NCBI GenBank assembly: GCA_963752255.1
Contig: CAVVXT010000019.1
Location: 1 to 64,000 of the forward strand
Direction of reading: 5' to 3'
Source of the DNA: Nitrososphaeria archaeon
Lineage (GTDB): Archaea > Thermoproteota > Nitrososphaeria > JACIWG01
DNA length: 64,000 nt
Made by a program: the position numbers and the translations under genes. How positions within the stretch are numbered: position 1 is the stretch's first letter; each line of letters starts with the position of its first letter. A model generated the notes under the pieces. It ran no database searches. It saw only the letters and a list, made by a program, of their open reading frames with translations, and was not told the origin of the DNA. Shown here piece after piece: positions 62,439 to 64,000 of this stretch.

Positions 62439-64000
62439 GGTCGGCTGGGTCCTTGACGTCTACACAGAAGACAACTTAGCTTTTATCTGGATTCGAACAG
62501 AAGACAATAAGGTTATCAGGCTCCAAGACCATTACCATCCAAGCCTTTACATTCTTCCTAAGACATATGAAGATGGTGAACAGCTTCTATCCGCCCTACA
62601 GAATCAGATGGACATAAGAAGAACGACTTGGGTAGAAAAATACACGAACCTAAGGGAAGGGGAAAAGAAAAGGCTCATCCATGTTGTCGTCGAAGACGCC
62701 TTAGCCTACAGGCAGATAGTAGGGGCCCTTAAAAGACAGGAGCAAGTGATGGAGCTCTTCAACTTAGATCTTCTACATCTGCAACAGTATTTGTTTACAA
62801 GGCTTCAGATTGAACCGACCAGCAAGGTCGAATTCCTGCACGGCACAAATAGGTGCTTGTCAGAAATCAGAAAGGTTGATGACAGTAAAGAGATAGAGCC
62901 TCCACCTTTTACGACACTGCACTTTGACATAAACATCGGAGCAGCGTCTCTAACTCCAAACCCTCAAACAGATCCAATAACTTCGATAGAAACAAGATTT
63001 GAAGATAAAGAAACTCTTATCGAAGGAAGTGAAGAGGAGGTTCTAAAGGGATTCGAATCGATTGTGAAGGAGAAGGACCCTGATTTCATAGTTACACAAA
63101 ACTGCGATAAATTCGCTTTCCCATACCTGCAGACACGGGCAAGATCGCTGAACCTTAAAATGCAACTCGGAAGAGAAGATGTGGATTCCGATAGTTTTAA
63201 CAGGTCTCTTCCATATTGTGCACGAGGAAGAGTGGCTATCGGCTACGAATCCTATGGCATATTGCACGATAAATGGGGAATAGCTGGCCTTGTCGAACGT
63301 TCACGATTCGGGTTTCTTCCACCTGGTTTAGCAGCAAGGTGGTCCGCTAACAGGGTCAACGACAGCCGCGTCTGTTATGAACTACTCCAAAAGGATTATG
63401 TGATTCCGAAGAACACCGGCTACTATGAATACATTCGGCCCATGAAGGAGATCTTTGAACGCGATAAGGGTGGTATGATCATCCCTCCCAAAATAGGTGA
63501 GGTGCACGCCAACGTAGCAGAATTGGACTATGAATCGGAGTACCCAAACCTGATCGTCAAAGAATGTATAAGTTTCGAAACCGTAGGTCCAAAAGGACTG
63601 GATAAAAGGGATGACGCGATACTCCCATTAGTGACAGGGAAGGTTCTGGAGCGAAGATTATATTTTAAGAGGCTCCGTAAGAGCTTTCCCAAACAAAGCA
63701 AGGAATGGCTGTGGTGTGAGCAGCGTCAAAATGCTTTGAAGATGGTTTTGGTGTGCATTTATGGCACTTCAGGGTGTTGTTGGAACAGGTTCGGCAATGT
63801 ACTGGCCTTCGAGGAAATAAACAGAAAATCTAGGCAGGTAATGATTAGGACAAAAGACTATGTTCAGAGCCAGGGCTTTGAACTGATATATGCGGACACA
63901 GATTCTGTCTTCGTCAAAAAGGATGATGCGACAAAAGAAGATTACGAACAGCTAGCCGTACAACTAAGTAGGCTCATGGGTCTCCCGATTTCCTTGGATC
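62428..64000 (+). CDS. polB2: Family B DNA polymerase, PolB2-like (runs off window end)
   Basis: Not in ORF track. Manual translation MVPEVGWVLDVY...; motif A ELDYESEYPNLI, motif B ALKMVLVCIYG, motif C YADTDS. Confidence 0.9.
   Translation, partial: MVPEVGWVLDVYTEDNLAFIWIRTEDNKVIRLQDHYHPSLYILPKTYEDGEQLLSALQNQMDIRRTTWVEKYTNLREGEKKRLIHVVVEDALAYRQIVGALKRQEQVMELFNLDLLHLQQYLFTRLQIEPTSKVEFLHGTNRCLSEIRKVDDSKEIEPPPFTTLHFDINIGAASLTPNPQTDPITSIETRFEDKETLIEGSEEEVLKGFESIVKEKDPDFIVTQNCDKFAFPYLQTRARSLNLKMQLGREDVDSDSFNRSLPYCARGRVAIGYESYGILHDKWGIAGLVERSRFGFLPPGLAARWSANRVNDSRVCYELLQKDYVIPKNTGYYEYIRPMKEIFERDKGGMIIPPKIGEVHANVAELDYESEYPNLIVKECISFETVGPKGLDKRDDAILPLVTGKVLERRLYFKRLRKSFPKQSKEWLWCEQRQNALKMVLVCIYGTSGCCWNRFGNVLAFEEINRKSRQVMIRTKDYVQSQGFELIYADTDSVFVKKDDATKEDYEQLAVQLSRLMGLPISLD

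Overview
Archaeal DNA; gene content and codon style suggest Bathyarchaeia or a related TACK lineage (inference). It is a mosaic of housekeeping blocks and AT-rich accessory DNA. From left to right: a partial Cdc6/Orc1 gene; an intron-containing tRNA-Ser(CGA) followed by a small AT-rich islet; an aconitase-isocitrate dehydrogenase-ATP citrate lyase operon; serA; and a ferredoxin plus tungsten oxidoreductase pair. Next comes a 4.9-kb IS6-family element with 52-bp perfect terminal inverted repeats and an 8-bp target duplication, carrying RHH, ParB-domain, unknown and TIR-domain passenger genes. Then Hsp20, permeases, pyruvate kinase and a ThiF/MoeB gene, followed by an accessory region with HEPN, HExxH-protease and wHTH genes and tRNA 3'-end fragments. 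A type I-B CRISPR-Cas interference operon with no cas1/2/4 is bracketed by two outward-facing arrays that share a perfect 181-bp inverted repeat. The right end holds a Cdc6-wHTH-RadA-inactive RadA-small protein-PolB2 cluster with a duplicated upstream region. About ten single-base frameshifts in otherwise conserved genes suggest residual sequencing or assembly indels, so pseudogene calls based on them are provisional. All family assignments come from motif recognition by eye; no database search was run.
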